64,000 bases of DNA from contig CAVUFJ010000002.1 of assembly GCA_963740755.1 (NCBI GenBank), positions 3,383 to 67,382 on the forward strand. Direction: 5' to 3'. Below the pieces are notes generated by a model. The model saw only the letters and a list, made by a program, of their open reading frames with translations. It did not search any database and was not told the origin of the DNA. This DNA comes from Rhodothermales bacterium. Its GTDB lineage: Bacteria > Bacteroidota > Rhodothermia > Rhodothermales > BA12. Below are positions 1 to 8,555 of this stretch, piece by piece. The number at the start of each line of letters is the position of its first letter. The stretch's first letter is position 1. Made by a program: the position numbers and the translations under genes.

Positions 1-850
1 TGTTGGTGTTGCCCGTCTGCGTGACAGAAGCGTCGTTGAAGGCGCGGAGGTTCTGGTTGATCGTGGCCGCGTTGCTGACGCCGCTCTGGCTGATCGTCCC
101 CTGCGAAGACAGAGAGATAGCCTGGTTGACGAAGGCCATGATGTTGCTGCTACCACTCTGCGTGACGGTGCCCGAGGACCCCGAAGCATTGGTCTGGTCG
201 ATCGTGCTGGCGTTACCGGAGCTGCTCTGCGTCAGGTTGGCTGTAGACGAGAGCAGCGAGTTCTTCTGGAAAATATGGCCGGTGTTGCCATTGTCGCTCT
301 GCGTCAGGTTGGCCGTGGCTCCCTGGGCGTTCTTCTGGTCGATGTCGCCGCTGTTAGAAATGCCACTCTGCACAGCGGTGGCGTGGTTGCCTCCACCCGC
401 CGGCGCCGTCCCACTCTGCACGATGTCGATGAAAAGCCCAGTGCCGTCCTGCGTAAGCGAGGCCGCGTTGTTGGTACCGGCCTGCTGCACGCGACCGCTC
501 GAGTAGGTCTGCCCATCACCCGTGCTCTGTGAGCCTTCGAGCGAGTTGCCAGAGCCCGTCTGTGCCACGCGCAGGCGCGAGTTCGTCTGCTTGAAGGCAT
601 CCGCAGCGGTGCCCACGCTGTTGCCGGAGCCCGTCTGGGAGATGGCTGCACGGCTCTCCGTGGAGCCGCTGGTCGTCTGGTTGAGGTTGGCCGTGTGGCC
701 TGCGCCAGCGGTCGTCTGCGCCTGCGTCACCGTCGCGCAGCTCGCGCCGGCGTTGGGCGTGCACTGCGTCGGGAGCGCCGGCAGGGCCTGCGCGGCAGCC
801 GTGCCAACGCCTGCGAAGGCGAGTGCGGCCAGTGTGAGAGTCTTCTTCAT
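1..850 (-). CDS. Curlin-repeat protein (CsgA/CsgB-like); 3' end runs off the window
   Basis: ATG at 850-848 on the minus strand. My translation is MKKTLTLAALAFAGVGTAAAQ... (signal peptide), then repeated Q-x-G-x-x-N-x-A/S-x-x-x-Q units (ISQTGSGNSVG, VAQTGSGNSLEG, LTQSDNGNTGHIFQ, VTQSGSSNIMAFVNQ). The frame stays open to position 1, which explains its absence from the ORF track. Confidence 0.8.
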   Translation of the reverse strand, partial: MKKTLTLAALAFAGVGTAAAQALPALPTQCTPNAGASCATVTQAQTTAGAGHTANLNQTTSGSTESRAAISQTGSGNSVGTAADAFKQTNSRLRVAQTGSGNSLEGSQSTGDGQTYSSGRVQQAGTNNAASLTQDGTGLFIDIVQSGTAPAGGGNHATAVQSGISNSGDIDQKNAQGATANLTQSDNGNTGHIFQKNSLLSSTANLTQSSSGNASTIDQTNASGSSGTVTQSGSSNIMAFVNQAISLSSQGTISQSGVSNAATINQNLRAFNDASVTQTGNTN

Positions 851-940
851 GGAAGGGTTGGATAGAGTAGGAAGCGAGGGGGCGCGAGCGGCAGCCTCAG
901 GCGAAACGGATCCCGAAGCTGCCGGCCGCGCTGCGCTGGA

Positions 941-2059
941 TTACTGCTGCTTGACGATGATGGTGTTGCCGGCCCCGGTCTGCGTCAGCGTGGCCGTGTT
1001 GCCGTTCGTGAGCTGGCGCAGCGTCATCGCGTTCATCCCACCGCCGCTCTGCGACAGCAGCGCCACGTTGCCGTGCACCGCCGCGCCGTTGGCACCCTGA
1101 CGCGCGTCGATCATGTTGCCGGTGCCGCCCGACTGCAGCGAGACCGTGGCGGAGTTGCCCACGCTCAGGCCGTCGCCGAACTGCTTGATCTCGATCGAGC
1201 CGCCGCCGCGCTGGTCGGACACGAGCGCGCTGCTGCCGTCGCCCGTCTGCGTGATCGTCGTGGTGGACTTGATGGCTGCGCTCACGCCGCCATTCTGGTA
1301 GACCGTGGCGTTGTTGCCGTTGCCCGTCTGCTTCACCGTGGCGTCGTTGTAGTCGCCGCTATTCTGCAAGGCGTTGGCGTAGTTGTTGTCGCCGGCCTGC
1401 GTCACGCTGCCCGTCGAGCCGGTCGAGTGCTGCTGGTTGACACCGCCATAGTTGTTGTCGCCGCTCTGGGTGACACTCGCCGTCGAGCCCGTCGAGAACT
1501 CCTGGTAGATCTGACCGGTGCTATTCGTGCCGCTTTGCGTGAGGCTGCCCGTCGAACCCATCGCGTCATTCTGAGAGACATTGCCGCCGTTGTTCGTGCC
1601 GCTCTGGTCGGTCGTGGCCGTGTTGCCCGTGCCGCTCTGGATGATCTGCGCGAACAGGTTGGTGCCGTCCTGCGTCAGCGACGTCGCGTTGGTCGTCCCG
1701 TCCTGCTGCACCGTGGCGCGCGAGGCCGTCCCGGTGGAGACCTGCTTGCCGGTGAGCGAGTTGCCCGTGCCCGCCTGCGCCGCCAGCAGCTCCGCGTCGG
1801 TCTGCTTGAAGGCCGTGCCGGTGGTGCCGACCGAGTTGCCCGAGCCGGTCTGCGTGATCGCCGCGCGCGAGGAGCTCGTGCCGGTGCTCGTCTGGGTGAG
1901 GTTGAGCGTGTGTCCGGTGCTGCTGGCGCCGCCCTGGGTCTGCGAGACGGTGGCGCAGCTGGCGCCGGCGGCGGCGGTGCACTGCGTGGGCAGCGTCTGA
2001 GCCGAGGCCGTGCCGATGCCTGCGAAGGCGAGGGCGGCCAGTGTGAGAGTCTTCTTCAT
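941..2059 (-). CDS. Curlin-repeat protein (CsgA/CsgB-like), 372 aa
   Basis: ORF track 941..2059. Signal peptide MKKTLTLAALAFAGIGTASAQ. Many curlin repeats (VKQTGNGNNATVYQNG, ITQTGDGSSALVSDQ, VSLQSGGTGNMIDARQG, LTQTGAGNTIIVKQQ). Confidence 0.85.
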   Translation of the reverse strand: MKKTLTLAALAFAGIGTASAQTLPTQCTAAAGASCATVSQTQGGASSTGHTLNLTQTSTGTSSSRAAITQTGSGNSVGTTGTAFKQTDAELLAAQAGTGNSLTGKQVSTGTASRATVQQDGTTNATSLTQDGTNLFAQIIQSGTGNTATTDQSGTNNGGNVSQNDAMGSTGSLTQSGTNSTGQIYQEFSTGSTASVTQSGDNNYGGVNQQHSTGSTGSVTQAGDNNYANALQNSGDYNDATVKQTGNGNNATVYQNGGVSAAIKSTTTITQTGDGSSALVSDQRGGGSIEIKQFGDGLSVGNSATVSLQSGGTGNMIDARQGANGAAVHGNVALLSQSGGGMNAMTLRQLTNGNTATLTQTGAGNTIIVKQQ

Positions 2060-2348
2060 GTCTGGTTTCTTTAACCGAGGGGTTAAGCTTCTTCAGGAGC
2101 CACCGATATAGATGGATGGGACTCCCTGCTTGGATGGATCGCCCGCGCTTCCCGTTGGTATTGCTGCCCTTCAGAGGGCACACATCTGCCAGGATGCTTA
2201 CCGGGAGTGTGCGTGGCGAGGACTGAGCGTGGCGTCTGGTGCTGTAAGCCGAAGGGCCTGCTCAGTGATAGGTTGGGGAGGAATGGAGAGGATGTTCGCT
2301 AGGCATCGGGTTGGTTAAGTGTGAACGAAAGGGGCGTTATTTGGGGAC

Positions 2349-3922
2349 TTATTGTCTGGTACTATCTGACGGCGCGGGCACGTAGCCGGGAGGGCGGCGG
2401 CGGATGCCGGTCGGGTCATTGATGTTGCCGGGCGGACGAACACTCGGGGGCAGCTGCTGCGGAGGCGGCGTAACCACCGGGCGCCGCACCGGGCGGCTGC
2501 GTCCCCCAAACGGGTAGACGATCAGGCCCGACTTGAGCTGCCAGACGTTGTCATGAATCCGCCCGCGCTTGACCCCGTCGAGGCCTTCCACCAGGGGATA
2601 GGTGTTCTGCAGGCCGACACTGAGGCCCATCCGGCGGCTGAGCATCCATTCGAGACCCCCTCCGGCCAGCAGGTACGGGTACGTGCCCTGTCCCTTGCCG
2701 GCGTCACTGCCTTGCACCAGGGCGCCGCCGCCTACGGTCACGAACGGAGAGAGGCGCAGCCGGGGCACCGCGTAGAGGAGCACCTGTGCATCTGCGGCGC
2801 CAAATGTGTGGTCAAAGCTCCGCTCGGCCGCGATGCCGCCTGCCGAGGCGCCCACGCCCAGCGCCGCGTAGCGCGAGAGCGGGATCCGGAGCGCCGCCTC
2901 GCCCACCGGGCGCGTCAGCGGGTTCTTGTAGTCGCCCTGGTAGCGCTGCGCGCCGCCCAGAAACGCCAAGCCCACGCCGGGACGGTTTTGCTGCTGCGTG
3001 AAGCCGAAGTAGTCCTGCTGCTCCGAGGCCGCGCGGTCGGCATCGTACTCGGCAAAGGCGTCCGAGCGGATGTCCCCGGCATTCTGGAGCGCCCACAGGT
3101 TGCCGCGCACGCCCTCGATGATGAGGCCCCGTACCGCTTCCTCGATCGCCTCGGTGACGGCGATCACCGTGGGCTCGTTATAGCTGTAGCCGAGTTCGGT
3201 CTCCAGCAGCCGCCGCGTGTCAACGTAGCGGAATAGGCCGCCGTCGAGCTTCTGGGTGACGATGCGCTTGGTCGTCTGGGCAATGGCTTCAACACCTGCC
3301 CGCTCTGCGTCGAGACGGCGCGCAGGTAGACCGTCACCTGGTCCATGCGGAACTGCCCCAGGCGCCGGCGCCGGAAATAGCGCACGCCCGCGCCGCCGGT
3401 GAGCACGTTCGTGTCGTAGCCGATGATGCCGCCTTCGAGAATCAGACCGGCGTAGAGCAGCGGCGGCAGGTTGCCCACACCCTGCCCGTCGGGGTCGGTG
3501 TGCTGCTGCCGCATCGAGGAGATGATCTGCCCGCTCGTTGAGCAGGTTGGAAAGCCCTTCGCGCTCGATGGGGATAAACCAGCCGGACTCGTCGAGCGCG
3601 CGGATGAGGATCGACGTGGCGCCCTGCGTGACGGCAGTCGAGAAGGTCGAGGCGCCCTCGGCAGGTTTGTACTGCCCCGTCTGGTCGCGGAAGCGGTACA
3701 CCGCCGCCACGATCTGCTCCTGTGGCGGCGGCAGGGTCGTGAGCGCCTGAATTTATTGGACTCGGATTCCTGGCGACGCGGGTCGCACGCGGAACGGCTG
3801 GAAATAGTTGGCGCACCCACCCAGCAGGAGGCACAGCGAAAGCGAGGCCAGCACCCGAGCCGTACGCGCGCGGCGCGACGGCGGGCGACAGGCTCCGCTC
3901 GCTGGACTTGCGCCAGGGTCAT
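2349..3922 (-). CDS. csgG: Curli secretion channel lipoprotein CsgG with an extra C-terminal beta-barrel-like domain; disrupted in this assembly
   Basis: Lipobox VLASLSLCLLLGGC (frame of ORF 3753..4100). The CsgG core is VYRFRDQTGQYKP...FSTAVTQGATSILIRALDESGWFIPIEREGLSNLLNER (ORF 2349..3710). It continues as QIISSMRQQ...IIGYDTNVLTGGAGVRYF...LRAVSTQSGQVL in the frame of ORF 3164..3943, then returns to the first frame at TKRIVTQKLDGGLFRYVD...YSYNEP. This is colinear with E. coli CsgG as I recall it. There are at least 3 frame switches plus an in-frame TAA at 3753-3755. Confidence 0.8.
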
Positions 3923-3942
3923 GTGCGTCTGGACAGCATCCA

Positions 3943-4363
3943 CTAGAATCGGGGATCGACACGGTCGACTCAGCGCCTGTCAGGATGTTGAAGATGCGGA
4001 TGCTGATGGCGTCGAGACCCGGCGTGATCTGGATCTGGAAATCGCCGAGGTCGAAGGTGCCGGCTTTGGTGAGATCGAGCGAGCCGAAGCGGTTGAGCAC
4101 CAGTTCGCGCGAGTAGCTGGGAGAGGATCTGGCTCTGCAGGCTCCGCTGGAAGTCGGCCAGCGGGTCGCGGTTGAAGGCGCTCGATGCGGACGTGTCGAG
4201 CTTTTTCTGCGCCTCCGCCGACTGCATGAGCCACGAAGAGTTGGACGAGAACCCTCCGAAGGCGGGGTTCTTCGGCTGGTAGATCAATCTGCTCGCCGTT
4301 TGCGACCGGGCACATTACCAGGACGCCCAGGGCAAACAGGCCCGCGAGAACACCGTGTTTCAT
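3943..4363 (-). CDS. csgF: Curli assembly component CsgF; frameshifted in this assembly
   Basis: MKHGVLAGLFALGVLVMCPVANGEQ (signal peptide), then LIYQPKNPAFGGFSSNSSWLMQSAEAQ...DFQRSLQSQILSQLL (ORF 3970..4287). This resembles the E. coli CsgF motif FQFRNPNFGG...SAQAQ...QAIQSQILGGLL. The C-terminal part, NRFGSLDLTKAGTFDLGDFQIQITP...STVSIPD, lies in the frame of ORF 3753..4100. The stop is reached only if one T is restored near 3946 (GATTTCTAG). Confidence 0.75.
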
Positions 4364-4931
4364 GGAGAGAGAAGGACAGGGGTGGCAGTTGGCGAGGACG
4401 CCCCGGGGGCGGCCGGATCCCGAGAGCCCGGTGTATAGAGGCCTACGCCGAGCCACGCGGCCTCTTCTAGCGCCTCATAGCGTGGCTGGAGCTGCGTCTG
4501 GTAACGAACTCGTCGCCCAGGCGCACGTTGACGATCGTGCCCAGGCTAGGGGAAGGCTGCTCGCTGATCGTGATCGTAAACCGCTTGGCCCCCGGAGGTA
4601 CCTGCCAGGAGCCGTAGAACAGTTCGTAGAAGTCGCGCCCTAGCTTGGTGATCGTCTCGTCAAGCACGAGCCCGTCGAGCTCCAGGACCGGATCAGGTCG
4701 GTTTGAGGGCGATGAGGCTACAACGGCGGGAGCAGCCGGCGGGGCAGGGCGCCGCGTCTGGGCTAGAGACGCCGGGGCCCAGAGCCCAAGCACTAGCACG
4801 CACAGGTGCTTTGCGGTGCAGCGCGCGCGCGCCGACTGTCCGAAGGCCGTGGCGTCCTGTGCGAACGCGCTCGCTCCCGCTACCCGTCGGCCGGGCGCAC
4901 GCAGGAAGGGCGTTGGCACAGGGGAGAACAC
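4360..4931 (-). CDS. csgE: Curli assembly chaperone-like CsgE; frameshift near 4497; start codon uncertain
   Basis: ORF 4467..4931 contains LDGLVLDETITKLGRDFYELFYGSWQ...FTITISEQPSPSLGTIVNVRLGDEFV, matching the CsgE core (GLL.D.T.S..G.DFY..F...W...LTI.ERPS). After a 1-nt shift it continues YQTQLQPRYEALEEAA... to a TGA that overlaps the csgF ATG (ATGA). Confidence 0.7.
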
Positions 4932-5341
4932 GGCGCTGAGGAGGGTTGCTGGAAGATCGGCACTGAAGATTACGCCCGTTGCACGTCCGTTGCATTAAAG
5001 CTGCATGAAAGCGCCCGATTACTGAGGGCCTCTGGACCCCTGGGAGCCTGTAAGGATGTGCTTAAATTATAAGACTTTGCCTTGGGTTTGGGGGGGGCCC
5101 GGCCAGGTGAAAGGATTCTATCCTATCAAGCGAAAAGCGATGCTGCTCGAGCGAGTCTCTCGCCGAACGGCATCGCTTTTCCTCCCGCAGTCCCCGAACG
5201 GGCATCTCCACGCACATTGAGAGCGATAGGAGCCACGTTGGCGCTCAAGCCGACCCAGAGGTAGCAGGAGTGAACGAGCAGAGCTCCAAGGCTTTCTCCT
5301 GGCCCCCGTATCGAAGCTTGACGAACAGGGAAGCTTAAGGC

Positions 5342-5372
5342 GTGTCCTCCTCCCGGGATAGGAGGAGGACAC
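5342..5372 (-). terminator. Strong hairpin immediately downstream of the 5382..6602 curlin gene
   Basis: GTGTCCTCCTCC-cgggata-GGAGGAGGACAC: a perfect 12-bp stem, 10 nt after the stop codon. There is no clear U-tract, so an intrinsic-terminator function is inferred only. Confidence 0.5.
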
Positions 5373-5381
5373 ACCCTGGCC

Positions 5382-6602
5382 TCACTGCTGTTTGAGAATC
5401 GTGGTGTGCGCGTTGCCCGTCATCTGGACAACGGCGGAATTCGAGTTCACGGTCTTCTGCGTGATGCTCAGCACGTTGGCATTGCCCCACGTGCTGCTCT
5501 GCGCAAGGTTCAGGTTCGAGCTCTGCGTGACCGTGACCGAGTTGCCGGTACCGCGCACGTTGAACCCGTCCACGACCGTGCCATTGAAGGAGTTGGCCGC
5601 GTCAGAGGCGCCGATGAACACCTTCCCCACGCGGTTGTTATCCCCGTTCTGGGAAACCGTGATGGTGTTGTTTACCGCCGCCGAGTTGAGCCCCGTTTCG
5701 ATGAAGCCTTCGATCATGTTGCTGTTGCCAACCTGGCTCATCGTCACCGTGTTGTAGTTCGCGTAGTCACCGCCGCCAGGGCTGGTGTCCCCGCTCCCGT
5801 TGCCGGTGGCATTCATGTAGGCCTTGTTGCTGTTGCCCGTCTGCTCAGTGGAGATGCTGTTATAGTTGCCCTTCACGCTGATGCGGCTATCGTTGCTGTT
5901 CCCGGTCTGGGTCTGGCTGATCGTCTGGTTGTGATAGCTTTGATAGAGCACGTTGCTCACCGAGACCGTGAGGGTGGCCTTGTTGGAAGCACCGTCCTGG
6001 ATCTGCGACGTAGAACTGCTGCCGCCACTCACGTTGGTGATGGCGCTGTTGCTCGTGCTCCCTTGCTGCGTGATGCTAGACGTGTTGGAGCCAGAGGCGC
6101 CTTGCGTAATAGACGCATAGTTGCCATTCGAGAGCTGCGTCACCGTACCCGTGTTGCCGGTAGCGCCGGGAGCGATCTGGATGATCTGGGCAAAGCTCGC
6201 CGCGCTAGCACCGCTGGCGCCCTGGTTGATTGTGGCGGTGTGGCCGTTGCCCGTCTGGGTGATCTCCGCACCATGGGTGGCATAGAGCCCATTGAGCGTG
6301 TTGGCGCCTTTGGAGCCGTACTGATCCACCGTGGCCTGGTTGCCCGTACCGCCTACGGTGCTCGTCTGCGTAATGACGCCCCGGCTGTCCGTCTGCGAGC
6401 CGTAGGCCCGGTTGTTGTCGTTGACCTGGGTAATCGTTACCGTGCTGGCACCCGACTGGGTGAAGGCACCGGAAGCACTTGCAGCCGACTGGCCCACCTT
6501 GTTGTTGGTGCCTGTCTGCGTGATGGTGACTACGCTCTGGGCGTTGACCGTGAGGCCGCCGCAGCCGAGGAGCATGAGACAAGCAATGAACTGCTTAGAC
6601 AT
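5382..6602 (-). CDS. Divergent curlin-repeat protein, 406 aa
   Basis: ORF 5382..6635. The likely start is the ATG at 6602 (MSKQFIACLMLLGCGGLTVNAQS). Repeats include VTITQTGTNNKVGQ, AEITQTGNGHTATINQG, GTVTQLSNGNYASITQG, ITVSQNGDNNRVG and AVVQMTGNAHTTILKQQ. G+C is visibly lower and A/T-ending codons more frequent than in the other curlin genes. Confidence 0.8.
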   Translation of the reverse strand: MSKQFIACLMLLGCGGLTVNAQSVVTITQTGTNNKVGQSAASASGAFTQSGASTVTITQVNDNNRAYGSQTDSRGVITQTSTVGGTGNQATVDQYGSKGANTLNGLYATHGAEITQTGNGHTATINQGASGASAASFAQIIQIAPGATGNTGTVTQLSNGNYASITQGASGSNTSSITQQGSTSNSAITNVSGGSSSTSQIQDGASNKATLTVSVSNVLYQSYHNQTISQTQTGNSNDSRISVKGNYNSISTEQTGNSNKAYMNATGNGSGDTSPGGGDYANYNTVTMSQVGNSNMIEGFIETGLNSAAVNNTITVSQNGDNNRVGKVFIGASDAANSFNGTVVDGFNVRGTGNSVTVTQSSNLNLAQSSTWGNANVLSITQKTVNSNSAVVQMTGNAHTTILKQQ

Positions 6603-6623
6603 GGTAGTTTTTGTATTTGTGCA

Positions 6624-6662
6624 TAGCACAGCCACATCATCATTTATGATGTGGCTGTGCTA
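6624..6662 (-). terminator. Perfect 17-bp hairpin between two curlin genes
   Basis: TAGCACAGCCACATCAT-cattt-ATGATGTGGCTGTGCTA. It sits 10 nt downstream of the stop of 6672..7925 and about 20 nt upstream of the ATG at 6602. On the minus strand an A/T-rich tract follows it. Confidence 0.55.
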
Positions 6663-6671
6663 GCTATGGGA

Positions 6672-7925
6672 TTACTGCTGCTTGACGATGATGGTGTTGC
6701 CCACCCCGGTCTGCGTCAGCGTGGCCGTGTTGCCGTTCGTGAGCTGGCGCAGCGTCATCGCGTTCATCCCACCGCCGCTCTGCGACAGCAGCGCCGCGTT
6801 GCCATGCACCGCCGCGCCGTTGGCACCCTGACGCGCGTCGATCATGTTGCCGGTGCCGCCCGACTGCAGCGAGACCGTGGCGGAGTTGCCCACGCTCAGG
6901 CCGTCGCCGAACTGCTTGATCTCGATCGAGCCGCCGCCGCGCTGGTCGGTCACGAGCGCGGTGCTGCCGTCGCCCGTCTGCGTGATCGTCGTGGTGGACT
7001 TGACGGCTGCGCTCACGCCGCCATACTGGTAGACCGTGGCGCTGTTGCTGTTGCCCGTCTGCTTCACCGTGGCGTCGTTGTAGTTGCTTGGGCCCTGCAC
7101 GGCGTTGGCGTAGTTGTTGTCGCCGGCCTGCGTCACGCTGCCCGTCGAGCCGGTCGAGAACTGCTGGTTGACATAGCCTTTGTTGTTGTCGCCGCTCTGG
7201 GTGACGCTTGCCGTCGAGCCCGTCGAGGCATACTGGTAGATCTGCCCCGTACTATTCGTGCCGCTCTGCGTCACGCTGCCGGTGGCACCGGTAGCGCCAT
7301 AGTTGTTGACACTGCCGATGTTGTTCGTGCCACTCTGGGTCACACTGCTGTTTGAGCCGATCGCAGCCGTCTGATCGAGATAGGCCTGATTGTCGGAGCC
7401 GCTCTGCGTGATGCTGCCGGTGCTACTGGTGCCGGTCTGGGTGAGGACGGCATTGTTGTTTGTGCCGCTCTGATCGGTCGTGGCCGTGTTAAGCGTGCCG
7501 CTCTGGACGATGCTGACGAACAGGTCGGTGCCGTCCTGCGTCAGCGACGTCGCGTTGGTCGTCCCGTCCTGCTGCACCTCGGCGCGCGAGGTCGTCCCGG
7601 TGGACACCTGCTTGCCGGTGAGCGAGTTGCCCGTGCCCGCCTGCGCCGCCAGCAGCTCCGCGTCGGTCTGCTTGAAGGCCGTGCCGGTGGTGCCGACCGA
7701 GTTGCCCGAGCCGGTCTGCGTGATCGCCGCGCGCGAGGAGCTCGTGCCGGTGCTCGTCTGGGTGAGGTTGAGCGTGTGTCCGGTGCTGCTGGCGCCGCCC
7801 TGGGTCTGCGAGACGGTGGCGCAGCTGGCGCCGGAGGTGGCGGTGCACTGCGTGGGCAGCGTCTGAGCCGAGGCCGTGCCGATGCCTGCGAAGGCGAGGG
7901 CGGCCAGTGTGAGAGTCTTCTTCAT
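6672..7925 (-). CDS. Curlin-repeat protein (CsgA/CsgB-like), 417 aa; paralog of 941..2059
   Basis: ORF 6672..7979. The start is taken at MKKTLTLAALAFAGIGTASAQ (ATG at 7925). The N-terminal ~140 aa and C-terminal ~115 aa are nearly identical to 941..2059, and the centre carries extra repeats. Confidence 0.85.
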   Translation of the reverse strand: MKKTLTLAALAFAGIGTASAQTLPTQCTATSGASCATVSQTQGGASSTGHTLNLTQTSTGTSSSRAAITQTGSGNSVGTTGTAFKQTDAELLAAQAGTGNSLTGKQVSTGTTSRAEVQQDGTTNATSLTQDGTDLFVSIVQSGTLNTATTDQSGTNNNAVLTQTGTSSTGSITQSGSDNQAYLDQTAAIGSNSSVTQSGTNNIGSVNNYGATGATGSVTQSGTNSTGQIYQYASTGSTASVTQSGDNNKGYVNQQFSTGSTGSVTQAGDNNYANAVQGPSNYNDATVKQTGNSNSATVYQYGGVSAAVKSTTTITQTGDGSTALVTDQRGGGSIEIKQFGDGLSVGNSATVSLQSGGTGNMIDARQGANGAAVHGNAALLSQSGGGMNAMTLRQLTNGNTATLTQTGVGNTIIVKQQ

Positions 7926-8555
7926 GTCTGGTGTTGAGAATAGGTCGATTTCTTCGGAAGGCACCGGTAGCACGGGCATCCGAAAGTGGTAGGAAGAATG
8001 TCGCCGGGTGACGACGGGTCAGGAGCTACATAGGCGTAGAGGAAAGGCTGAACCTCGCAAAGGAGATCAACTTGCGCGCTTTATCCTTGGGGAGGGCAAT
8101 AGCAACCCTTCCACCGCACCCATCAGGCGCATGGTCGGGATAAGGGCGGGGATGGTAACTGCTGCCCGCACGTTGAGCACTGGCACCGCACCTTCGGGCG
8201 AAGGGCCTTGGAGCCAAGCGGCGGGCAGCCAACGAGCGCCAGGCTAGCCTGGGGGCTTATCGTAATGGCAGTATGCTTAGCCGTGCTTCAGAAAAGAGCA
8301 CCGGCGAGCATATCGCAATGAGAGCTCGATCAGCAGAGGCTGAGAACCCTTGGATGAAAAGCGGAAAGGAGGCGTGGTAAGACGCGGTACAGAGGGCCTT
8401 CTTGAACGTTTGCACGTTGACTCATGCGAGGGGCGCAGTGAGAGCAGGGGGCTCGGCAAGCAGAATAAGTCGGCCAGTCGGGTCGCGCATTAAAGTGAGA
8501 TTAAAGTGCGCAATCTGGTAGAGCACTTCGTGCACGTATCCCGCACGGGGCCCGT

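Noticed and set aside
8030-8270. RNase P RNA-like snippets (GAGGAAAGG, GGATAAGGGCG, GGAGCCAAG, GGGGCTTATCG)
   Set aside because: The motifs are imperfect (GAGGAAAGGCT rather than GAGGAAAGTCCGGGC) and occur in the wrong order relative to the bacterial type-A RNase P consensus as I recall it. An Infernal scan would settle it.
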